Shown here piece after piece: positions 12,535-24,500 of a DNA stretch of 64,000 nucleotides. Location of the stretch: positions 6,572,001 through 6,636,000 of the forward strand of contig NC_090398.1 of NCBI RefSeq assembly GCF_036365525.1, read 5' to 3'. A program made the position numbers and the translations under genes. Position 1 is the first letter of the stretch; every line of letters begins with the position of its first letter. The DNA is from Heterodontus francisci (Eukaryota). Below the pieces are notes generated by a model. It did not search any database, was not told the origin of the DNA, and saw nothing but the letters and a program-made list of their open reading frames with translations.

Positions 12535-15500
12535 TCTCCCCCTCTACCCCTCCCCCCCCCACTCCCACTCTTCCCACCCTCCCCCCTTCTTTCCCCTTCC
12601 CACCCTCCCTCACCCCCTCCATCTACCCACCTCTTCCCCCTTCCCACCATCCCTCACCCCCTCTTGCCCCCTTCCCCTCCCATAACCCCCCCACACTCGC
12701 CCTTTCCTCCCCCCCCACACACTCCCTCCCTCCCTCCTTCCCTCCCTCCCTCCTTCCCTCCCTCACCCCTCCCTCGTTCCTTCCCTCCCTCACCCCTCCC
12801 TCGTTCCTTCCTTCCTTCCCACCCTCCCTCACTTCTTCCCTCCCTCCCCCCTCCCCCTCCCTCCCTCACCCCTCCCCCTCCCCCCCTCACCCCTCCCTCA
12901 CCCCTCCCCCTCCCTCCCTCACCCCTCCCTCCCTCACCCTCCCCCTCCCTCCCTCCCCCCTCCCCCTCCCTCCCTCCCCCTTCCTCCCTCACCCCTCCCC
13001 CTCCCTCCCTCACCCCTCCCCCTCCCTCCCTCACCCCTCCCCCTCCCTCCCTCACCCCTCCCCCTCCCTCCCTCACCCCTCCCCCTCCCTCCCTCACCCC
13101 TCCCTCCTTCCTCCCTCACCCCTCCTCCTTCCTTCCCTCCCTCCCTCACCCCTCCCTCCTTCCTTCCCTCCCTCCCTCCCCCCTCACCCCTTCCCTCCCT
13201 CACTCCTCCAACCCTCCCTTCCCTCCCTCACCCCTCCCTTCTTCCCTCCCTCACCCCTCCCTTCTTCCCTCCCTCACCCCTCCCTTCTTCCCTCCCTCAC
13301 CCCTCCCTTCTTCCCTCCCTCACCCCTCCCTTCTTCCCTCCCTCACCCTCCCTTCTCCCTCCCTCACCCTCCCTTCTTCCCTCCCTCACCCTTCCCTTCC
13401 TTCCCCTCCCTCACCCTCCCTCTTCCCACCCACACCCTTCCCTTCTTCCCTCCCTCACCCTCCCTTCNNNNNNNNNNNNNNNNNNNNNNNNNNNNNNNNN
13501 NNNNNNNNNNNNNNNNNNNNNNNNNNNNNNNNNNNNNNNNNNNNNNNNNNNNNNNNNNNNNNNNNNNNNNNNNNNNNNNNNNNNNNNNNNNNNNNNNNNN
13601 NNNNNNNNNNNNNNNNNNNNNNNNNNNNNNNNNNNNNNNNNNNNNNNNNNNNNNNNNNNNNNNNNNNNNNNNNNNNNNNNNNNNNNNNNNNNNNNNNNNN
13701 NNNNNCCCTCACCTCCCTCACCCCTCCCTCCTTCCCTCCCTCCCTCACCACTCCCTCCTTCCCTCCCTCACCCCCCCCAACCCTCCTCCAACCCTCCCTT
13801 CCTCCCTCACCCCTCCAACCCTCCCTTACCCCTCCAACCCTCCCTTCCCTCCCTCACCCCTCCAACCCTCCCTTCCCTCCCTCACCCCTCCAACCCTCCN
13901 NNNNNNNNNNNNNNNNNNNNNNNNNNNNNNNNNNNNNNNNNNNNNNNNNNNNNNNNNNNNNNNNNNNNNNNNNNNNNNNNNNNNNNNNNNNNNNNNNNNN
14001 NNNNNNNNNNNNNNNNNNNNNNNNNNNNNNNNNNNNNNNNNNNNNNNNNNNNNNNNNNNNNNNNNNNNNNNNNNNNNNNNNNNNNNNNNNNNNNNNNNNN
14101 NNNNNNNNNNNNNNNNCCTTCCTTCCCTCCCTCACCCCTCCCTTCCTTCCCTCCCTCACCCCTCCCTTCCTTCCCTCCCTCACCCCTCCCTTCCTTCCCT
14201 CCCTCACCCCTCCCTTCCTTCCCTCCCTCACCCCTCCCTTCCTTCCCTCCCTCACCCCTCCCTTCCTTCCCTCCCTCACCCCTCCCTTCCTTCCCTCCCT
14301 CACCCCTCCCTTCCTTCCCTCCCTCACCCCTCCCTCCTTCCCTCCCTCCAACCCTCCCTTCCCTCCCTCACCCCTCCAACCCTCCCTTCCCTCCCTCACC
14401 CCTCCACCCTCCCTTACCCCTCCAACCCTCCCTTCCCTCCCTCACCCCTCCAACCCTCCCTTCCCTCCCCCTCACCCCTCAACCCCTCCCTTCCCTCCCT
14501 CACCCCTCCCCCTCCCTCCCTCCCTCCCAACCCCTCCCTCCCACCCTCCTCCTCCCTTCCCTCCCTCACCCCTCCCTCCTTCCTTCCTTCCCTCCCTCAC
14601 CCCTCCCTCCTTCCTCCTTCCCTCCCTCACCCCTCCCTCCTTCCTTCCTTCCCTCCCTCACCCCTCACCCTCCTTCCTCCCTCACCCCTCCCTCCTTCCT
14701 CCCTCACCCCTCCCTTCCTTCCCTCCCTCACCCCTCCCCTTCCTTCCCTCCCTCACCCCTCCCTTCCTTCCCTCCCTCACCCCTCCCTTCCTTCCCTCCC
14801 TCACCCCCTCCCTTCCTTCCCTCCCTCACCCCTCCCTTCCTTCCCTCCCCTCACCCCTCCCTTCCTTCCCTCCCTCACCCCTCCCTCCTTCCTCCCCACC
14901 CTCCCTCCACCCCCTCCCTCCCACCCACACCCCTCCCTTCCCTCCCTCACCACCACCCCCTTCCTCACCCCTCCCCCTTCCCTCACCCCTCCCGCCTTCC
15001 CTCACCCCTCCCGCCTTCCCTCACCCCTCCCCCTTCCCTCACCCCTCCCGCCTTCCCTCACCCCTCCCGCCTTCCCTCACCCCACCCCCCTCCCACACCC
15101 CTCCCGCCTCCCTCACCCCACCCGCCTTCCCTCACCCCTCCCGCCTTCCCTCACCCTCCCGCCTTCCCTCACCCCTCCCGCCTTCCCTCACCCCTCCCGC
15201 CTTCCCTCACCCCTCCCGCCTTCCCTCACCCCTCCCCTTCCCTCACCCCTCCCCCTTCCCTCACCCCTCCCACCTTCCCTCAACCCCTCCCCGCCTTCCC
15301 TCACCCCTCCCCCTCCCTCACCCACCCTCCTTCCTTCCCTCACCCCTCCCTCCCTCCTTCCTTCCTTCCCTCACCCCTCCCTCCCTCCTTCCTCCTTCCC
15401 TCACCCCTCCTCCCTCCTTNNNNNNNNNNNNNNNNNNNNNNNNNNNNNNNNNNNNNNNNNNNNNNNNNNNNNNNNNNNNNNNNNNNNNNNNNNNNNNNNN

Positions 15501-18500
15501 NNNNNNNNNNNNNNNNNNNNNNNNNNNNNNNNNNNNNNNNNNNNNNNNNNNNNNNNNNNNNNNNNNNNNNNNNNNNNNNNNNNNNNNNNNNNNNNNNNNN
15601 NNNNNNNNNNNNNNNNNNNNNNNNNNNNNNNNNNNNNNNNNNNNNNNNNNNNNNNNNNNNNNNNNNNNNNNNNNNNNNNNNNNNNNNNNNNNNNNNNNNC
15701 CTCCTTCNNNNNNNNNNNNNNNNNNNNNNNNNNNNNNNNNNNNNNNNNNNNNNNNNNNNNNNNNNNNNNNNNNNNNNNNNNNNNNNNNNNNNNNNNNNNN
15801 NNNNNNNNNNNNNNNNNNNNNNNNNNNNNNNNNNNNNNNNNNNNNNNNNNNNNNNNNNNNNNNNNNNNNNNNNNNNNNNNNNNCCTNNNNNNNNNNNNNN
15901 NNNNNNNNNNNNNNNNNNNNNNNNNNNNNNNNNNNNNNNNNNNNNNNNNNNNNNNNNNNNNNNNNNNNNNNNNNNNNNNNNNNNNNNNNNNNNNNNNNNN
16001 NNNNNNNNNNNNNNNNNNNNNNNNNNNNNNNNNNNNNNNNNNNNNNNNNNNNNCTTCCTTCCCTCACCCCCTCCCTCCCTCCTTCCTTCCCTCACCCCTC
16101 CCTCCTCCTTCCTTCCTTCCCTCACCCCTCCCTCCCTCCTTCCTTCCCTCACCCCCCTCCCTCCTCTCCTTCCTTCCCTCACCCCTCCCTCCCTCCTTCC
16201 TTCCCTCACCCCTCCTCCCTCCTTCCTTCCCTCACCCCTCCCTCCCTCCTTCCTTCCCTCACCCCTCCCTCCCTCCTTCTTTCCTTCCCTCACCCCCTCC
16301 CTCCTCTCCTTCCTTCCCTCACCCCTCCCTCCCTCCTTCCTTCCTTCCCTCACCCCTCCCTCCCTCCTTCCTTCCTTCCTCCTCACCCCTCCTCCTCCTC
16401 CTTCCTTCCCTCACCCCTCCTCCCTCCTCCTTTCCTTCCCTCACCCCTCCCTCCCTCCTCCTTTCCTTCCCTCACCCCTCCCTCACTCCTCCTTTCCTTC
16501 CCTCACCCCTCCCTCACTCTCTCATTCCTTCCCTCACCCCTCCCTCCCTCCTCCATTCCTTCCCTCACCCCCCCTCCCTCCTCCTTTCCTTCCCTCACCC
16601 CCCCTCCCTCCTCCTTTCCTTCCTCACCCCCCCTCCCTCCTCCTTTCCTTCCCTCACCCCCCCTCCCTCCTCTTCCTTCCCTCACCCCCCTCCCTCCTCC
16701 TTTCCTTCCCTCACCCCCCCTCCCTCCTCCTTTCCTTCCCTCACCCCCCTCCCTCCTCCTTTCCTTCCCTCACCCCCCCTCCCTCCTTCCTTTCCTTCCC
16801 TCACCCCCCCCTCCTCCTTTCCTTCCCTCACCCCTCCCTCCCTCCTCCTTTCCTTCCCTCACCCCTCCCTCCCTCCTCCTTCTTTCCTTCCCTCACCCCT
16901 CCCTCCCTCTTCTTTCCTTCCCTCACCCCCCCCCTCCTTCTTCTTNNNNNNNNNNNNNNNNNNNNNNNNNNNNNNNNNNNNNNNNNNNNNNNNNNNNNNN
17001 NNNNNNNNNNNNNNNNNNNNNNNNNNNNNNNNNNNNNNNNNNNNNNNNNNNNNNNNNNNNNNNNNNNNNNNNNNNNNNNNNNNNNNNNNNNNNNNNNNNN
17101 NNNNNNNNNNNNNNNNNNNNNNNNNNNNNNNNNNNNNNNNNNNNNNNNNNNNNNNNNNNNNNNNNNNNNNNNNNNNNNNNNNNNNNNNNNNNNNNNNNNN
17201 NNNNNNNNNNNNNNNNNNNNNNNNNNNNNNNNNNNTTCTTTTCTTCCCTCACCCCCCCTCCCTCCTTCTTTCCTTCCTTCCCTCACCCCCCCTGCCCTCC
17301 TTCTTTCCTTCCTTCCCTCACCCCTCCCTCCTCCTTCTTTCCTTCTTCCCTCACCCCTCCCTCCCTCCTTCTTTCCTTCCCTCACCCCTCCCTCCCTCCT
17401 TCTTTCCTTCCCTCACCCCTCCCTCCCTCCTTCTTTCCTTCCCTCACCCCTCCCTCCCTCCTCCTTTCCTTCCCTCACCCCCCTCCCTCCTTCTTTCCTT
17501 CCCTCACCCCCCCCCTCCCTCCTCCTTTCCTTCCCTCATCCCCCCTCCCTCCTTCTTTCCTTCCCTCACCCCCCTCCCTCCTTCTTTCCTTCCCTCACCC
17601 CCCTCCCTCCTTCTTTCCTTCCCTCACCCCCCTCCCCTCCTTCATTCCTTCCCTCACCCCCTCCCTCCTTCATTCNNNNNNNNNNNNNNNNNNNNNNNNN
17701 NNNNNNNNNNNNNNNNNNNNNNNNNNNNNNNNNNNNNNNNNNNNNNNNNNNNNNNNNNNNNNNNNNNNNNNNNNNNNNNNNNNNNNNNNNNNNNNNNNNN
17801 NNNNNNNNNTTCTTCCCTTCCCTCACCCCCTCCTCCCTCCTTCTTTCCTTCCCATTCTTTCCTTCCCTCACCCCCCCTCCTTCTTTCCTTCCCTCACCCC
17901 CCCCCTCCTTCCTTCCTTCCTCCTCACCCCTCCCTCCCTCCTTCTTTCCTTCCTTCCCTCACCACTCCCTCCCTCCTTCTTTCCTTCCATCCCTCACCCT
18001 CCCTCCCTCCCTCCTTCTTCCTTCCTTGCCCTCACCCCTCCCACCCTCCTTCTTTCCTTCCCTCCCTCCACCCTCCCTCCTCTTGGTTCCTTCCCTCACC
18101 CCTCCCTCCCTCCTTGGTTCCTTCCCTCACCCCTCCCTCCCTCCCTCCTTGGTTCCTTCCCTCACCCCTCCCTCCCTCCCTCTTCCCTCCCTTCCTCACA
18201 CCCTCCTCCCTCCCTCTTCCTCCGACCCTCACACCCATCCCTCCCTCCTTCTTTCCTCCCTTCCCTCACCCCTCCCTCCCTCCTTCTTTCCTCCCTTCCN
18301 NNNNNNNNNNNNNNNNNNNNNNNNNNNNNNNNNNNNNNNNNNNNNNNNNNNNNNNNNNNNNNNNNNNNNNNNNNNNNNNNNNNNNNNNNNNNNNNNNNNN
18401 NNNNNNNNNNNNNNNNNNNNNNNNNNNNNNNNNNNNNNNNNNNNNNNNNNNNNNNNNNNNNNNNNNNNNNNNNNNNNNNNNNNCCCTCCCTCCTTCTTCC

Positions 18501-21500
18501 TCCCCTCCCTCCCTCCTTCTTCCTCCCTTCCCTCACCCCTCCCTCCCTCCTTCTTTCCCCTTCCCTCACCCCTCCCTCCCTCCTTCTTTCCTCCCTTCCC
18601 TCACCCCTCCCTCCCTCCTTCTTTCCTCCCTTCCCTCACCCCTCCCTCCCTCCTTCTTTCCTCCTTCCCTCACCCCTCCCCTCCCTCCTTCTTTCCTCCC
18701 TTCACTCACCCCTCCCTCCCTCCTTCTTTCCTCCCTTCCTCACCCCCTCCCTCCCTCCTTCTTTCCTCCTTCCCTCACCCCTCCCTCCCTCCTTCTTTCC
18801 TCCCTTCCCTCACCCCTCCCTCCCTCCTTCTTTCNNNNNNNNNNNNNNNNNNNNNNNNNNNNNNNNNNNNNNNNNNNNNNNNNNNNNNNNNNNNNNNNNN
18901 NNNNNNNNNNNNNNNNNNNNNNNNNNNNNNNNNNNNNNNNNNNNNNNNNNNNNNNNNNNNNNNNNNNNNNNNNNNNNNNNNNNNNNNNNNNNNNNNNNNN
19001 NNNNCCCTCCCTCCTTCTTCCTCCCTTCCCTCACCCCTCCCTCCCTCCTTCTTTCCTCCCTTCCCTCACCCCCCCCTCCCTCCTTCATTCCTCCCTTCCC
19101 TCACCCCCCCCCTCCCTCCCTCCTTCTTTCCTCCTTCCCTCACCCCCCCCTCCCTCCCTCCTTCTTCCTCCCNNNNNNNNNNNNNNNNNNNNNNNNNNNN
19201 NNNNNNNNNNNNNNNNNNNNNNNNNNNNNNNNNNNNNNNNNNNNNNNNNNNNNNNNNNNNNNNNNNNNNNNNNNNNNNNNNNNNNNNNNNNNNNNNNNNN
19301 NNNNNNNNNNNNNNNNNNNNNNNNNNNNNNNNNNNNNNNNNNNNNNNNNNNNNNNNNNNNNNNNNNNNNNNNNNNNNNNNNNNNNNNNNNNNNNNNNNNN
19401 NNNNNNNNNNNNNNNNNNNNNNNNNNNNNNNNNNNNNNNNNNNNNNNNNNNNNNNNNNNNNNNNNNNNNNNNNNNNNNNNNNNNNNNNNNNNNNNNNNNN
19501 NNNNNNNNNNNNNNNNNNNNNNNNNNNNNNNNNNNNNNNNNNNNNNNNNNNNNNNNNNNNNNNNCCCTCCTCCNNNNNNNNNNNNNNNNNNNNNNNNNNN
19601 NNNNNNNNNNNNNNNNNNNNNNNNNNNNNNNNNNNNNNNNNNNNNNNNNNNNNNNNNNNNNNNNNNNNNNNNNNNNNNNNNNNNNNNNNNNNNNNNNNNN
19701 NNNNNNNNNNNNNNNNNNNNNNNNNNNNNNNNNNNNNNNNNNNNNNNNNNNNNNNNNNNNNNNNNNNNNNNNNNNNNNNNNNNNNNNNNNNNNNNNNNNN
19801 NNNNNNNNNNNNNNNNNNNNNNNNNNNNNNNNNCCCTCCCCCCTCCTTCTTCCTCCCTTCCCTCACCCCTCCCTCCCTCCCTTCCTTCTTTCCTCCCTTC
19901 CCTCACCCCTCCCTCCTCCCCTCCTTCTTTCCTCCCTTCCCTCACCCCTCCTCCCTCCCTCCTTCTTTCCTCCCTTCCCTCACCCCTCCCTCACCTCCCT
20001 CCTTCTTTCCTCCCTTCCCTCACCCCCCCCTCCTTCCTTCTTTCCTTCCCTCACCCCCCCCCTCCCTCCTTCTTCCTTCCTTCCCCCCCCCCCTCCTTCT
20101 TTCCTTCCTTCCCCCCCCCCCCTCCTTCTTTCCTNNNNNNNNNNNNNNNNNNNNNNNNNNNNNNNNNNNNNNNNNNNNNNNNNNNNNNNNNNNNNNNNNN
20201 NNNNNNNNNNNNNNNNNNNNNNNNNNNNNNNNNNNNNNNNNNNNNNNNNNNNNNNNNNNNNNNNNNNNNNNNNNNNNNNNNNNNNNNNNNNNNNNNNNNN
20301 NNNNNNNNNNNNNNNNNNNNNNNNNNNNNNNNNNNNNNNNNNNNNNNNNNNNNNNNNNNNNNNNNNNNNNNNNNNNNNNNNNNNNNNNNNNNNNNNNNNN
20401 NNNNNNNNNNNNNNNNNNNNNNNNNNNNNNNNNNNNNNNNNNNNNNNNNNNNNNNNNNNNNNNNNNNNNNNNNNNNNNNNNNNCTTCTTTCCTTCCCTCA
20501 CCCCTCCCTCCCTCCTTCTTTCCTTCCCTCACCCCTCCCTCCCTCCTCCTTTCCTTCCCTCACCCCCCTCCCTCCTTCTTTCCTTCCCTCACCCCCCCCT
20601 CCCTCCTCCTTTCCTTCCTCACCCCCCCTCCCTCCTTCTTTCCTTCCCTCACCCCCCTCCCTCCTTCTTCCTTCCCTCACCCCCCTCCCTCCTTCTTTCC
20701 TTCCCTCACCCCCCCTCCTCCTTCTTCATTCCTTCCCTCACCCCCCCTCCCTCCTTCATTCNNNNNNNNNNNNNNNNNNNNNNNNNNNNNNNNNNNNNNN
20801 NNNNNNNNNNNNNNNNNNNNNNNNNNNNNNNNNNNNNNNNNNNNNNNNNNNNNNNNNNNNNNNNNNNNNNNNNNNNNNNNNNNNNNNNNNNNNNNNTTCT
20901 TCCCTTCCCTCACCCCCCCTCCCTCCTTCTTTCCTTCCCTCACCCCCCTCCCTCCTTCTTTCCTTCCCTCACCCCCCCCTCCTTCTTTCNNNNNNNNNNN
21001 NNNNNNNNNNNNNNNNNNNNNNNNNNNNNNNNNNNNNNNNNNNNNNNNNNNNNNNNNNNNNNNNNNNNNNNNNNNNNNNNNNNNNNNNNNNNNNNNNNNN
21101 NNNNNNNNNNNNNNNNNNNNNNNNNNNNNNNNNNNNNNNNNNNNNNNNNNNNNNNNNNNNNNNNNNNNNNNNNNNNNNNNNNNNNNNNNNNNNNNNNNNN
21201 NNNNNNNNNNNNNNNNNNNCCCCTCCCTCCCTCCTTGGTTCCTTCCCTCACCCCTCCCTCCCTCCCTCCTTGNNNNNNNNNNNNNNNNNNNNNNNNNNNN
21301 NNNNNNNNNNNNNNNNNNNNNNNNNNNNNNNNNNNNNNNNNNNNNNNNNNNNNNNNNNNNNNNNNNNNNNNNNNNNNNNNNNNNNNNNNNNNNNNNNNNN
21401 NNNNNNNNNNNNNNNNNNNNNNNNNNNNNNNNNNNNNNNNNNNNNNNNNNNNNNNNNNNNCCTCCCTCCCTCTTTCNNNNNNNNNNNNNNNNNNNNNNNN

Positions 21501-24500
21501 NNNNNNNNNNNNNNNNNNNNNNNNNNNNNNNNNNNNNNNNNNNNNNNNNNNNNNNNNNNNNNNNNNNNNNNNNNNNNNNNNNNNNNNNNNNNNNNNNNNN
21601 NNNNNNNNNNNNNNNNNNNNNNNNNNNNNNNNNNNNNNNNNNNNNNNNNNNNNNNNNNNNNCCTCCTTTCCTTCCCTCACCCCCCTCCCTCCTTCTTTCC
21701 TTCCCTCACCCCCCCTCCCTCCTTCTTCCTTCCCTCACCCCCCTCCCTCCTTCTTTCCTTCCCTCACCCCCCTCCCTCCTTCTTCATTCCTTCCCTCACC
21801 CCCCCTCCCTCCTTCATTCNNNNNNNNNNNNNNNNNNNNNNNNNNNNNNNNNNNNNNNNNNNNNNNNNNNNNNNNNNNNNNNNNNNNNNNNNNNNNNNNN
21901 NNNNNNNNNNNNNNNNNNNNNNNNNNNNNNNNNNNNNNNNNNNNNNNNNNNNCTTCTTCCCTTCCCTCACCCCCCCCTCCCTCCTTCTTTCCTTCCCTCA
22001 CCCCCCTCCCTCCTTCTTTCCTTCCCTCACCCCCCCTCCTTCTTTCCTTCCCTCACCCCCCCCTCCTTCTTTCCTTCCTTCCCTCACCCCTCCCTCCCTC
22101 CTTCTTTCCTTCCTTCCCTCACCACTCCCTCCCTCCTTCTTTCCTTCCTCCTCCTTCTTCCTTCCTTCCCTCACCCCTCCCTCCCTCCTTCTTTCCTTCC
22201 TTCCCTCACCCCTCCCTCCCTCCTTCTTTCCTTCCCTCCTCCTCCCTCCCTCCTTGGTTCCTTCCCTCACCCCTCCCTCCCTCCTTGGTTCCTTCCCTCA
22301 CCCCTCCCTCCCTCCCTCCTTGTTCCTTCCCTCACCCCTCCCTCCCTCCCACTTTCCTCCCTTCCCTCACCCCTCCCTCCCTCCCTCTTTCCTCCCTTCC
22401 CTCACCCCTCCCTCCCTCCTTCTTTCCTCCCTTCCCTCACCCCTCCCTCCCTCCTTCTTCCTCCCTCCCTCACCCCTCCCCCCTCCCTCTTCCTCCCTCC
22501 CTCACCCCTCCTCCCTCCTCTTTCCTCCCTTCCCTCACCCCTCCCTCCCTCCTTCTTCCTCCCTTCCCTCACCCCTCCCTCCCTCCTTCTTCCTCCTTCC
22601 CTCACCCCTCCCTCCTCCTTCTTTCCTCCCTCCCTCACCCCACCCCCCTCCTCTTCCTCCCCTCCCTCCCTCCTTCTCCCTTCCCTCACCCCTCCCTCCC
22701 TCCTTCTTCCTCCCTTCCCTCACCCCTCCCTCCCTCCTTCTTTCCTCCCTTCCCTCACCCCTCCCTCCCTCCTTCTTCCTCCCTTCCCTCACCCCCTCCC
22801 TCCCACCTTCTTTCCTCCCTTCCCTCACCCCTCCCTCCCTCCTTCTTTCCTCCCTTCCCTCACCCCCTCCCCTCCCTCCCTCTTCCTCCCTTCCCTCACC
22901 CCTCCCTCCCTCCTTCTTCATCCATCCTCACCCTCCCCCCTCCTTCTTTCCTCCCTTCCCTCACCACCTCCCTCCCTCCTTCCCTCTTTCCTCCCTTCCC
23001 TCACCCCTCCCTCCCTCCTTCCTTCTTCCTCCCTTCCCTCACCCCTCCCTCCCCTCCTTCATTCCTCCCTCCCTCACCCCTCCCTCCCTCCTCCTTCTTT
23101 CCTCCCTTCCCTCACCCCTCCCTCCCTCCTTCTTTCCTCCCTTCCTCACCCCTCCCTCCCTCCTTCTTTCCTCCCTTCCCTCACCCCCCACCCCTCCTCT
23201 TTCCTCCCTTCCCTCACCCCCCCCCCTCATCTTTCCTCCCTTCCCTCACCCCCCCCTCCCTCCCTCCTTCTTTCCTCCCTTCCCTCACCCCCCCCCTCCC
23301 TCCCTCCTTCTTTCCTCCCTTCCCTCACCCCTCCCTCCCTCCTTCTTCCNNNNNNNNNNNNNNNNNNNNNNNNNNNNNNNNNNNNNNNNNNNNNNNNNNN
23401 NNNNNNNNNNNNNNNNNNNNNNNNNNNNNNNNNNNNNNNNNNNNNNNNNNNNNNNNNNNNNNNNNNNNNNNNNNNNNNNNNNNNNNNNNNNNNNNNNNNN
23501 NNNNNNNNNNNNNNNNNNNNNNNNNNNNNNNNNNNNNNNNNNNNNNNNNNNNNNNNNNNNNNNNNNNNNNNNNNNNNNNNNNNNNNNNNNNNNNNNNNNN
23601 NNNNNNNNNNNNNNNNNNNNNNNNNNNNNNNNNNNNNNNNNNNNNNNNNNNNNNNNNNNNNNNNNNNNNNNNNNNNNNNNNNNNNNNNNNNNNNNNNNNN
23701 NNCCCTCCCCCTCCCTCCTTCTTCCNNNNNNNNNNNNNNNNNNNNNNNNNNNNNNNNNNNNNNNNNNNNNNNNNNNNNNNNNNNNNNNNNNNNNNNNNNN
23801 NNNNNNNNNNNNNNNNNNNNNNNNNNNNNNNNNNNNNNNNNNNNNNNNNNNNNNNNNNNNNNNNNNNNNNNNNNNNNNNNNNNNNNNNNNNNNNNNNNNN
23901 NNNNNNNNNNNNNNNNNNNNNNNNNNNNNNNNNNNNNNCTCCCCTCCCCTCCCACCCTCCTTCTTTCCTCCCTTCCCTCACCCCTCCCTCCCTCCCTCCT
24001 TCTTTCCTCCCTTCCCTCACCCCCTCCCTCCCACCCTCCTTCTTTCCTCCTTCCCTCACCCCTCCCTCCCTCCCTCATTCTTCCTCCCTACCCTCACCCC
24101 TCCCTCCCTCCCTCCTTCTTTCCTCCCCTTCCCTCACCCCTCCCACCCTCCCTCCATCTTTCCTCCCTTCCCTCACCCCCTCCCTCCCTCCCTCCTTTCC
24201 TCCCTTCCCTCACCCCTCCCTCCCTCCTCCTTCTTTCCTCCCTTCCCTCACCCCTCCCTCCCTCCCACCTTCTTTCCTCCCTTCCCACACCCCACCCACC
24301 CTCCCCTCCTTCTTCCTCCCTTCCCTCACCCCACCCTCCCTCCCACCTTCTTTCCTCCCTNNNNNNNNNNNNNNNNNNNNNNNNNNNNNNNNNNNNNNNN
24401 NNNNNNNNNNNNNNNNNNNNNNNNNNNNNNNNNNNNNNNNNNNNNNNNNNNNNNNNNNNNNNNNNNNNNNNNNNNNNNNNNNNNNNNNNNNNNNNNNNNN

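Noticed and set aside
11750-12535. Possible exons (e.g. + acceptor TTTTTGTAG at ~12358 and ORF MESPTFPFLL...)
   Set aside because: No recognisable protein, no consistent donor/acceptor pair, and the ORF runs into low-complexity sequence.
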